A stretch of 64,000 bases of DNA from Thalia democratica (lineage: Eukaryota), in contig OZ241831.1 of the NCBI GenBank assembly GCA_965202585.1, positions 57,412,001 to 57,476,000 of the forward strand, read 5' to 3'. The position numbers and the translations under genes were made by a program. Position 1 is the first letter of the stretch, and each line of letters starts with the position of its first letter. Below the pieces are notes generated by a model. The model did not search any database. It saw nothing but the letters and a program-made list of their open reading frames with translations, and was not told the origin of the DNA. Shown one piece after another: positions 53,301 to 64,000 of the stretch.

Positions 53301-56125
53301 ATTTGAAAAATTAAGATTTTTTTTTGAAGCTACTAAATAAATGCATTTAATGGAAACCATGTTTTTTTTTTGTATTATGTCGTTTTTTAGGACAGGTTTT
53401 TTTTTTGTAACTTATAGATTAAATCAGGTTAAATATAATCGTGAACTTACAAACAACAGTTAAGCTTAAACAAAACACCACCATAACAATTATTATGTTA
53501 GCAACCATGTTGTTTAGTTTATAATCTTTTCTGCTAGACAAAATTTTAAAAGTTTGAGTTTAATTAACTACATATTAAAGTAAAAGTTATAAAAAACTAT
53601 ATAAAGTAGGTTTAAAATAATATATTTTCTATATGGCTTGGATAAATGTTCTTACCTTAAAAATTAACAAATATTCTAAAACTTAATAGTTTTTTTTTTA
53701 ACTTTTTTCAAGCTATATTGTCTTAATAGCTGTTTTTAAACAAAAATAAAAGAAATAAGTTTATGTTTATTTATAAATATCGTTAAATTTTTGATTACTT
53801 TAACTTTTCCCCTTGAAAGTTTTTTTTTTATGATTGATAGTTAAATGTTACGAACTTAAAATGTAAAACTATTTTGTAGGCAAGTGTAATATTTTTTGAG
53901 CAAAATTATTTGAATTAAAATTATTTTAGTCAGAAAAAATGATATATAAAAAATACAAAAATAATTTATTTTTACTAAATCTAACGTACACGGTGTATAA
54001 AACACCTGCTTTGGTTATAAATATCTTACAATTTTTTGAAATTTTTATTCACTTAGAACTTCATGAGACTGATTAGTTTAATTAACAGTGATAAGACTAT
54101 TTTAAAACTAAAATCCCCATATTTATTGCAAGCGTGAGTTTATGGGGAACTATAAACTAACTCATTTAATTATATACACTCTACGCATATCAGGTCGATC
54201 ACAAACATCGGAAAAATCTACCCTGAGTATAAAGAAATCCTTGAAGGTCTTGGCAGGGATCTGAAACCTAGAAGATGGAAACCTAAGAAAGCAAAGCAGA
54301 GCAGCAATCGGGTTAATGAGGGCGCTTCAACTTCTGGACTACAAAATGGACGGAAACGGAAGTCTAGCGGTAAGAATTCATTTATTAATTTGTGAATGAG
54401 TTTGAGTAGTTTGGCAGCAAATTACTTTGTTTGAAACCAATTAATTCCTTAGATTGTTAGTGTTTAAATGCTACTATCAAACTAGATTACCATGGCATTT
54501 AAGAAGAACATGGAGTATATTTTCTATTTATAAATTACAAGATGTTGAAAAAAAAGTTAAATTTTCGTTATTAGTGTTTTTACTTAAAGGAATGTTATTT
54601 TTCGAAATTTCATAGATCACTTATTTTTATAATGTATAAATTTTATAACTACATAAAATACTTAGCATATGATTACTAAAACTTTATAACAACTTATGTT
54701 ATTCGTCAAGGTAAGAAACGGAAGCTGAAGACCAAAACCACTGTGCCAAAGAAGAGGAAGGTAAAAACACGTTCAGATCGTGGAGATGAAGAAGTCGTGA
54801 GTGAAACCCAAGAAGACAACGGAGAGAACTCCGGGGAAGATGCGAGGCTGACAAAAGATGAACAAATGGAAAATGTTTCACATGATAAAGATCAAGTGGT
54901 GAGTTTCTTAAACAATTTGCTAAGCATTGAATAAGGTATTGTTAAGGTTAACTCATACTAGTTTTGATAGTAAATTTTATGTTATTTTAAGGTTTGTAAG
55001 TATTTTTTTCAAAGAAAACTGTTTTTCAATATTAAACTAAAATTGAAATACAAAATTATGCTGCAGCAGACAAGAGGCAGTGGTCAGGATGTAGCAAGGC
55101 ATCAACCAGATGATGACGAAAATGTTCAATCTGACCAGCTTGCAGTTCAACAAGAAGACAACGGAGATAACTCCGGAAAAGATGTCAGGCTGACAAGCAA
55201 TGAACAAATGGCAGAAGTTTCACACGATGAAGATCAAGTGGTGAGTTTCTTAAATAATTTGCTATGCATAAAATATATAAGGTATTACTTGGGTTAATAG
55301 TTTTGGTAGGAAGTTTTAATTGTATTAAGAATCTAAAATATTTTTTTTTAATAAAAGCTGTTTTTCAAAATTAAACTAAAATTAAATTACATATTTTCGT
55401 TGCAGCAGACAAGTGGCAGTGGTCAGGAAGCAGGGGAGCATCAGTCAGATGCCGAAGACGTTCAATCTGACCATCTTGCAGTTCGGGAGAGCCAGCAAGG
55501 CGACAACGGAGACCAGCAAAGTGGAAGGATGGCAACAGAAGCACAAGTTGCAGAGGTTTCAAATGATGATGGTGGTGAAGTCAATAACGCTGATGCTGTA
55601 AACCAAGTAGTGGGTTTTATTCTAACTTAAAAAAAAGCATATCTTTGGGTAACTTATTCTTGACTGTTTTACAACAACCTTTAAAACTTGTTGTTTATTT
55701 TCTTTAATTTAAATTCGATTTGTTTTTTAATTATTGTTTATTTTTTATCGCAGACCAGAGGTAATAGTCAGATGCAACAACATGATGCTACCAACCGCTA
55801 TGTTGATCGGAGAATTGCTCAAACTGATCAAGTTGACGGTGGTGAGAGAAACGGTGAGGATTACAGAAAGTACGTGAATCTGACCGTGGAACAACTGAAG
55901 CTGAATCAACACTACATGCTGGATCTTTACCTAACTCTCATGAACGCTATAGGTAAACCAACCTCATTAAAAAATTTTAAGAAAAATTTGTCCGCCATAC
56001 ATTTCATTGTGGCCGAGCATTCCCAAAAAATTTTTTTGAGGGATTTCTCGCCACGTTTCGATGAAAAGAGGCGAGAGTTCTTTACTCAGTTTTACCAAAT
56101 GCCTAATTTTTTTCACCCCGCTTAG
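44346..56125 (+). CDS. Paralog G3, 590 aa: basic N-terminus, MBD-like domain, PKKRKV NLS, acidic repeats, conserved C-terminal domain
   Basis: Exons 44346-44411, 46426-46497, 52111-52455, 53032-53207, 54194-54369, 54711-54898, 55067-55240, 55406-55609, 55754-56125; all AG/GT bounded; 1773 nt in one open frame from ATG to TAG. Confidence 0.85.
50250..50290 (-). ncRNA. Minimal type I hammerhead ribozyme with intact catalytic core
   Basis: Minus strand CCTTC CTGATGA GTCCT AAAA AGGAC GAAA CGG GTC GAAGG: stem I CCTTC/GAAGG, canonical CUGAUGA and GAAA, 5-bp stem II, GUC cleavage triplet (cut after 50255 on the minus strand). Confidence 0.88.
50347..52028. mobile_element. Non-autonomous hAT-type element, 1682 bp, with an extra internal right TIR, in G3 intron 2
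   Basis: 16-bp TIR TAGTGATGTACCGGAC / GTCCGGTACATCACTA; perfect 8-bp TSD GTTATAAC (50339-50346, 52029-52036); ~41-bp subterminal repeats ccggccggaaccggatccggacttttt; additional right TIR ending at 50580. Confidence 0.9.
53032..54260 (+). other. MBD/TAM-like domain of G3 (LPQGW...FIYFPP...GKIKNKYFRSITNIGKIY)
   Basis: Same motif pattern as in G1, with the canonical LPxGW retained. Confidence 0.55.
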
Positions 56126-59100
56126 GTTTTTAAAGTTTTTATAGCGAGATAGTTATTGTTTTAGTATTTTAAAACTTCTATAAAAAGCACTCTTGCCAAT
56201 TAGGTAATTCTACATCAGATTGAGATAAATATATTAAATTGTTTTGAATTTAGTTACTATTAGACAAATATTCTTGCCATTTAGGTAATTTTAGATTGTT
56301 TTACTTATTTTAGCTTAGTTACTTTTTAAAAAATATGGATTTATATGTTAGATTATTTATTGTGGCAATGATTATAATGAAATTTTTTTGAAGCACGAAT
56401 TGGTAATTTTGATAAATTTTGTGTATAATTTTATTCGATTACTATGTTATTAAAGTGTTCATTAAAGTTGTGAAGTTTTTGATTGTTTATCTTAACTGAT
56501 ATTAATAACAGCATAGTTATTGAATTTTATTGTTTATTTAGATTATATTAGAATTCATTGAAACCTGTTTTTACCTAAGGTCAACTAGTTAAACATGTGA
56601 ATTAAACAAACTGTTTAATTTTGTATACACTTAGAAAAAAAATGAAATAATTTTAACCAATACAAGTAGATGCTTAAATTAAATTTGCAAAGTATTTGCA
56701 CAAAAGCAATTAAAATTTTAGTTGTAAAATTAAATTAATTTGAACAGTTTTTGTTGGTAATTTGATTGAATATAATTTCAGAATGCATGTATAGATATAC
56801 CATAAGAAAATTAAGATAAATACTTAACATCACTAACTTCTAGATATAAGATCATAAAAGTCAAGTTGAGCTGATTAACTGTTTTTACTAAGGGTTACTT
56901 TAAAATTAAATTAATTCTATAACTAATACAGATTATGTTTTAAAGCCAAAAAATTATGTTTTCTTAATTTTTATATAAAAATAGTTTATAATGGCTAAAA
57001 TGCTTATTTATATTTAGCTTACATTTTTTATTTACTTATTAATAAGTGCTTTCAGATATGTCGGGGTATATTTAACCGTTATTACAAAGTTACATTATAA
57101 TACGAGCTAAAAAGTTAAAGTCAGCATAAACTACAGTAGTTTAAAACTTGTCTTTGAAATTTCAAGTAAATATATATCTGTCTAATTTATTTTTATATAT
57201 AGAAATAATAAGTTTATAAAGTTTTAAACTCAAGTAGACAAGTTATTGCTTAAATTCTAATAGTTTTCTCTGTAATTTCATTAAATATATTTTAAATTTT
57301 GATAAATAAGAACTTTTTTTACATTATTTAATGATATTTTTAACTTTATTATTTAAAACATGCTGAAATTATGGTTTGAAAAATTTAGCACCGCTTCAAA
57401 ATAATAATAGTTTAGAATAGGTTTAGAACAAATATTCTAATCTGTATAAGCAAGTCTTTGCGTCGGTTTTGTTTTCTGGAAAAACCTTTGCGGACTAAAA
57501 GTTAACAAATTTATAAAACGTACTAACAATCTTTTTTAAAGTTAACTTGCTTTTGTAATAACCATATAAGTTTTACCACAAATAGTAGTATTAGTACAAA
57601 TTACAAATATAATTTACTACCAGGTTTAAATATGAAAAAAGTCTGACCTTTTCAATTATAATAGGATAGTAAATATAGTACTATTTTGTTACACTTAAAA
57701 AGGTCGGATTATTTCCCATTGAAACCTGGTAGTGAATAAAATATTTTATTTGTATTAGTAATATTATTTAAACTTACTCTTTAAAGGACAGTAAATTGAG
57801 CAATATTTTTAGTTAGACAATGACCTATATAAGTTTTAGTATATAATGAACACTATAATTATTGTATGAATAAAAGTTTTAATCAGATCAAATCGATCAA
57901 CCGACTACAAGCTTTCGGTAAACTGAGACCAGGGTTTTGTTTTTTTTAACGTTCGTGAATCAGCCGCAATCGAAAAAGCTTGCGTGTCTAAAATCAGTTT
58001 ATCATGTTTAAGCATGAAGTAACCGCTTGATGGTATTGGTCAGTTGCTCAGTATTAAAAAAAAAAACTCTTTAACTTAAGACATTAATGGGTTCATATAA
58101 TAAATAGTATAAATAAGGTCTAAAAAGTAATTGAGGAGATATTTGAAATTTATACTAGTTTTTCTCGGTTTTGTAACTAGTGGTTAAGTGTAAGTCGTAA
58201 GTTAAAAAATAAAAATATGTAGAAGGTAGTTTCCTACACAAAAAAGCTACTATTAATTGTTTATAAGTTGATTAATCTGCATTAATTGTTTTTAGCTATA
58301 AAGTACTTTACCAGTCAAATTCGGTCTGCAGTTAGCCGACCCTTGCTTTAATTGCTAAAAGAGAGTAAAGTAAAATATATGTTACGAATTTCTATGAAGT
58401 TTGAAACAAAAAAGTTAAATAAAATGATAAAATTTACTTTAAAAGTGAACTTTGGACTAGATTTACTTGAAAATAATATTACTTTATTAAATTTTATTAT
58501 AATGACTTATACTTAGTAGTTTTAAATAAAAGTATTGAAAATATATATATAAAGAACATTAAACATTTAGTTGTATTATTAACTTTTTGAAATTGATATA
58601 GTAAGTAAACAAGCATTTATTTTTAACTGACTAAAATGGTGTAAAAAAAAAGATAATTTAAGGACTCTGTTTTAAAAGAGCTTCTCTATTTCGAAATCTT
58701 ATAAATCTAACGTTTGTAAACCCAATACTTTGTTACAAGGTTGCCAAAAATAATTTTAAGTACTGAACAGTGAAATAAATTTCCTTTTTTTCTAGAGTGT
58801 CAACGTCAAGTAATTTTTGGCCATACACTCAAAGCAACAATAGTTTAATTTATTAAGCTAGATGTTGCTACTAAGCATATTTTAGTACTCTTATATTAAC
58901 CTGCATAGACACAAAAATAAACTCTTGGCAAAATCGAACTACTAAATCTACCTCTGAAGACATAGTAAAAACTGTAATCAAAATAACCATTAACTTTTAA
59001 ACAAAAGAAAAACTTTTCCTTAGTTTTGTTTACCAATGTCACTACATTATTAAATGTTTGTCTTTGACAAGTTAGCTCCAATGGTCTACGATAGTTAGTA

Positions 59101-59405
59101 TAATAAAAAAAAATTGAGAAATAAGCAAGTGTAAAATAGTACTTAGTCAGCTATTAAGCTGATTTCTAAGAAAAATAAATACATTCTAGTTATAATCTGT
59201 TTTTTTTTTTACAGCTTCGACTTTATCAAATTTTTATTCAAGATAATAACTTTAGCAAGTTTTTAAACAACAAACAGAGCATAAAAAAATACATTTTTTT
59301 AAATGTATTTATTACGACAATCATCAACAAAGTTGAAATGTTTTGCGCTATCAACAACAAATAATTAACTTCACCACACGGCCAACATCTACAGCATCCG
59401 AGACA

Positions 59406-59448
59406 ACCTATGACCGGTTTCGTCCTCATTAGGACTTATAAGGCAGAC
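59406..59448 (-). ncRNA. Degenerate hammerhead ribozyme in a ~314-bp tandem monomer
   Basis: Minus strand GTCTGC CTTATAA GTCCT AATG AGGAC GAAA CCG GTC ATAGGT. The marker cttcaccac recurs at 59369 and 59683 (period 314); a second partial core lies at 59721-59740. Confidence 0.7.
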
Positions 59449-59881
59449 ATAGCGGCGAGAAACCGCTGTTGAGATCTAAAAAAGCGGGCTATAGTATAAA
59501 GTACTGAAGCGAGTTACTTAAGTTGAAAAAACTGACACAGCTTTATCATTCTCAACGTCTAAGACATTGTCAGCTTGTTGTAAATTACAGTCTGTGCTCG
59601 TTTGATCAGTTTTAACCAGTAGTTATTACTGCTATCATCAACCAAGTTTAGTTGTTTCGCGCCATCAACAATAATTAATTAACTTCACCACAAGACCAAC
59701 AACAACAGCATTTGAGTCAACCAACAACCAGTTTCGTCCTTTTTTTGTTTTTGATTACAAATACAGTACTTTGATTATTATTTTTTTATTTTTACCATCA
59801 AACGGTTTCTTCAGTACTTTATACTTTAGCCCGCTTGGTTGGATCTCAACAGCCACTCAGGTTGATCTTAAACGCGACTAT

Positions 59882-59924
59882 GCCTGCCTAATGAGTCCTT
59901 ATGAGGACGAAACCGGTCATAGGC
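59882..59924 (+). ncRNA. Hammerhead ribozyme motif with G5A core mutation (paralog of 11603-11645)
   Basis: GCCTGC CTAATGA GTCCT TATG AGGAC GAAA CCG GTC ATAGGC. Confidence 0.75.
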
Positions 59925-62148
59925 TGTCTCGGATGCTGTTGTTGTTGGTCGTGGGGTGTAGTTTGTTTTATTTTTTCCTACAAATTAAACGATTTAATGT
60001 CTTCAAACTACTCACTTATTAGTTATTTTCAAAGTATGTAGTATAAACCTAAATTCCACATAGCTTATATTAAGGTCAACAATTAAAACAATAAATTAAA
60101 AACTAGTTAAGAAGTAAAGCAAGGTTAGAAAAACTACGGCTTGCCAAGCAAAAAATCTTTACTAAGACGAATAGTTCAGCTAGAAATAATTTGTACAAAA
60201 AAAAGCTGTTTCTTTTCAGTATTTATTGTCTTTAATAATGACTTTAAATAGTACCTAAGTGGTGTACGACTCAAAAGCCAAAACGTTTTTTCGTTCACCA
60301 GGTATTAGGACCAAGCATTTTGAACCAATTTTTTTTCTTTCAATAAACAATAGTAATGTTTTTAAAAGTTTCAAAGTGTTTTTGATATTTTAAAAGTATC
60401 TTGTAAAGTTTTTGTTGTATTAAATACCTAGTGCAAAGTTTATTTCAAATAAAAAAATCTTTGAAATTTATTAAAAAAAAAATTGTTTAAAATATACCCA
60501 TAAAAAATTGGTTTCAAAATTTCGGATCAATTTTTGTACTTTATAATTTTATATTAGTAGAATACTAGTTGTATAATGTATGAAATTGCTACAATTTGAT
60601 AATTACATTCAAGTGTTATAGTTATGTAAAGATAAGTTTTGATTCTAAATCATATTAATTAAGTTACAAATAAATGAAACAAAAACTGAAACATTTATAT
60701 TTCTTATAACAAGACTATTTAGTCTTAATAACATATAATCATGTTAAACAAACAATCAAGTTTTAAAATTACAGTACAGTATCAATATCAGTTTAATTCA
60801 AAAAACTTACCATACTAAAACTACTATTCATAAAAAACGTTTTTTTATCATACAAATTATTTTTTTATTATTAATAGTGCTTCTAAACTTATAAAAACTA
60901 TTTAGTTTTCCATTATTTAAAACATGTTCGTATTCAATAGTAATATGTTTTACCACTAAAAGTTATTGAACAGGAATATTTTTAATTTACAGTTATCTTT
61001 GCTATCATTGCAGAACTTCTGTCTTTAAAAGTTTATATTTATTAAGTAACAAAATATTTTGACTGGTAAAACCAAATTATTTGTCGAGAACTAGATCATT
61101 TATGTTTAAAATAAATGTAAAAGCAAGTGAATGATAAAAGTAATTGAGTTGAATTAGAAATCAAACCGTAATTTTAATTCTAATTAAAGCTATGCTGTAA
61201 TTATTCTAAAGGTTTAGATTAATATTTAATCCTAAAATAGTGGTTTTAAATTGTTAAAAATTTATTATTAGTATAATACAAACGTTGAAAAATGTTTTAT
61301 CCCAATAATTGAGTATTTTTTCAAGGAGAACAGTAATATTTATTTGAAAAACATTGTTTGCTAATTCAGTTTCCTACAATAGAAACTTTTGCTTCTTGAT
61401 TTAAAACGTTTTGGACCACGTCTTGTTTGTTGATTTAAAACTAATAAGCCTGCGGTCGGCAAGTTACAGTAAACATTTGGCCACTTGACAAAGCTTTTGG
61501 TCTACGACTTTTCAGCTAAAGAACAACTATTACAAGAGAAGCTTTTCTATAAAGAAAAGTTTAAAACGTGGTCCGTTTTCTCAGCTTACAAGTAATCTGT
61601 GTTTACTTCATCACATGTTTGGCCGTTTTTGAAGTTTTTCAATGGAGTTAGTTTTTGATTTTTTTTCACTCATATATGATGAAAATAAGGTTAACTAATA
61701 GCACAGAAGTACATTAACTACATTTAAATTTCTATTTACCTACTACACCCGAAGTTTTTAATCTTTACCTCTATCCCCAAAACCCACCTAACCAAAACAT
61801 TGAACAAAAAAATAAAAAATAAACTAATAATTCAACTATGCAGCCTAGTATATGTTTACTTCATCACATGTTTGGCCGTCTTTGAAGTTTTTCAATTGAG
61901 TTAAATTTTAATCTTTACCCCTATCCCTAAAACTCACCTAACCAAAACATCTATTAAACAAATCAAAAATAAACTAGTAGTTCAAAACAACAGAAGTCAA
62001 ATTTTAGCTAAATAAAAACGCCTAGATTTTGAAGCTGACAGTTTGAATTGTTCATAAAATGTTTTCACAATAGCCTTTTAGCAGAAAGTTTAAAAAAAAT
62101 CGCCTATTCTTTAGGATTGAAAGCAAACCTCAGAATAAATAGTGTAGG

Positions 62149-62818
62149 CAGAGATGCAACAGATCAACCTGAGAAGTTTCCTGACTTTTACTAAAATTTC
62201 CTGACTTTTCTAAATCTAACTTATTCTAAAATACATAATAAAACCATTGAAACTATAGAACGCTTTCAAATTTATTTTTATACAGGTTTAAAACAAAGGT
62301 TTTTTTTGCTGAATTTAATTACTTAACTTTCATTACATCACTTGAACCTTGATACATAAAATACTAAAGTTAGAGCTTAATTATTTACTTAAACAAAAAA
62401 CAGTTTGAAATCTAAAATTCTGAAAGATAAACTTTGGTGTATGTAGTAAGTGTTTTTGCCACAGATCATCATGCTAAAAAGCATAAAAAAACTGCTTGTT
62501 CAAGTAGGCTAGTTGTTTGATACGTTAATAGAAAACTGTTGCAGTTTTATATCGGATTTTTATTAGTATTCACCAGATAAAGGTATTGGAAGTTAAGTAA
62601 TTTTGTAAATTTCTAGGAAAATTTTGCAATTTTAGTCTGACTTTAAAGGACTTTTTTACCTTTTGAAGGCTTTGGAAAATAATGGAATTTTAAAAATTTG
62701 AACTGACAAGTCTTACGTTTTTAAAAATTTTGTCAATTTTCCTGATTTTCTTCAAAAACCCCAATTTTTCCTGACTTATGTATTTTTTTTAGTATTTCCT
62801 AGCCGTGTGGTTGCCCTG
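62149..62818. mobile_element. CAGGG-type non-autonomous DNA transposon with 6-bp TSD TGTAGG
   Basis: TGTAGG at 62143-62148 and 62819-62824; ends cag... / ...gccctg; paralog of 13683-14392. Confidence 0.65.
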
Positions 62819-62907
62819 TGTAGGTTTCAAATATTTCCTGGATTTTTCATCAGACCATTTACTCTTAGTACTTAAGCCCACAATACCTAGTGTAGGTTAG
62901 TTATTAT

Positions 62908-63762
62908 TAGTGATGTACCGGACCCGAACTTTTTTTAAACTACGATCCGGCCGGATCCGGATATAAGACAAAAACGGCAATATCCGGCCGGATCTGGACC
63001 CGGATAGTGAGTCATATTATGTCAATTATGTTATATTATATATATAGATCATAAAAATTGATCCAGCACTAAAAAAAAGTAAAATCTAGAGAAATCTAGG
63101 GAAATTCAGGATTTTTTCAATTTTATTAAGGGAAATTTAGGGTATTTTTTTGGATAATTGCAAAAATCTAGGGATATGGAAACCCTGTAAAGTGGGTATA
63201 AACTAGCTTGAGTCAGAATGAGGTTTTTAAAAACTAAAAAATTACTTTAATCTAATAATCAGTAGAATAGCTAGCCGTAGAGTTGACAATTTAGTAGTAA
63301 AGTTTTTAATTTTAAACATAGGTATAGAGTTGCATTTCTAAATGTTTGTTTCAAAGTTTAAATATAAACAAATGTCAATTAGTCAAGTGTACAAAATGAG
63401 CCAATCATGGTAGGTGTTTAATTTTAACTGACAAAAATTAATCTTTTTAATTTACAAAGGGTTTGTTTTGGAAAAATACTTTTCTGTATGCTCTTTCTTA
63501 CTAACTAGATCCGAATCGGCCGGATCTCTGTTAGGATAGTAAATGGTCTGATGAATAAATAAGGAAATATTTGAAACCTACACCGGATCCGAACAATTTT
63601 TTAAAATAAAGATCCGGCCGGACCTGGACTTTTTTTTTCAAATTAGAATCCGGCCGGAACCAGATCCGGATTTTTTTTTCAAATTAGGATCCGGCCGGAA
63701 CCGGATATTTTTTTCATATCAAAATCCGGCCGGATCCGGATAGTGACTCCGGTACATCATTA
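62908..63762. mobile_element. Second member of the TAGTGATGTACCGGAC hAT-type family, 855 bp
   Basis: Same TIRs and subterminal repeats; perfect 8-bp TSD GTTATTAT (62900-62907, 63763-63770); internal sequence shared with 50581-51845; empty site in the paralog at ~14470. Confidence 0.9.
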
Positions 63763-64000
63763 GTTATTATAAAATTTTATAACAGCTCAAAATGTTATAA
63801 TTGCGCCCCCCGTAACTAATTATTTTGCCGACCTCAATACAGTTACCTATTGGATACCCTGGTCTAAAAAAGTAATGTTCAAAAAATCAAGACAAGCTTT
63901 ATCAGTAATAATGGTGCATTACCATAAAATATGCCTGGCCTAAGCATTTAGCCTATATAAGTGTTTAATTAGTGTAAAATCTATTATCTTTAAAAGAAAG

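Larger units (their letters stand above)
52696..64000 (+). repeat. Segmental duplication, copy 2 (paralogous to 1607-14680), continuing past the window edge
   Basis: Collinear with copy 1 up to the last base of the window. Confidence 0.95.

Overview
Very AT-rich animal genomic DNA with GT-AG introns. The repeat landscape resembles Hydra-type cnidarian genomes, but the species cannot be established from the sequence. The window holds three plus-strand paralogs of one multi-exon gene family, which I reconstructed by hand because the ORF track misses most exons and reads some in the wrong frame: G1 (3' part only, 1944-4799), G2 (16885-23231, 5 exons, 509 aa) and G3 (44346-56125, 9 exons, 590 aa). 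All three have long basic then acidic low-complexity linkers (basic N-terminus visible in G2/G3) and end in a conserved ~120-aa domain I do not recognise. G1 and G3 also carry a two-exon module resembling a divergent methyl-CpG-binding (MBD/TAM) domain followed by a PKKRKV NLS; G2 lacks it. The paralogs lie in segmental duplications (1607-14680 ~ 52696-64000; 16860-21350 ~ 44330-48350), so one copy often shows the empty site for an insertion in the other. Mobile DNA includes a decayed CR1/L2-like LINE, a young non-autonomous LTR element carrying a GC-rich minisatellite, several hAT-like/MITE elements with visible TSDs, a possible Penelope-like RT remnant, and a family of ~314-bp repeats with minimal type I hammerhead ribozyme motifs (retrozyme/Penelope-like). 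I found no confident gene in 25.3-44.3 kb and no tRNA, rRNA or CRISPR array.
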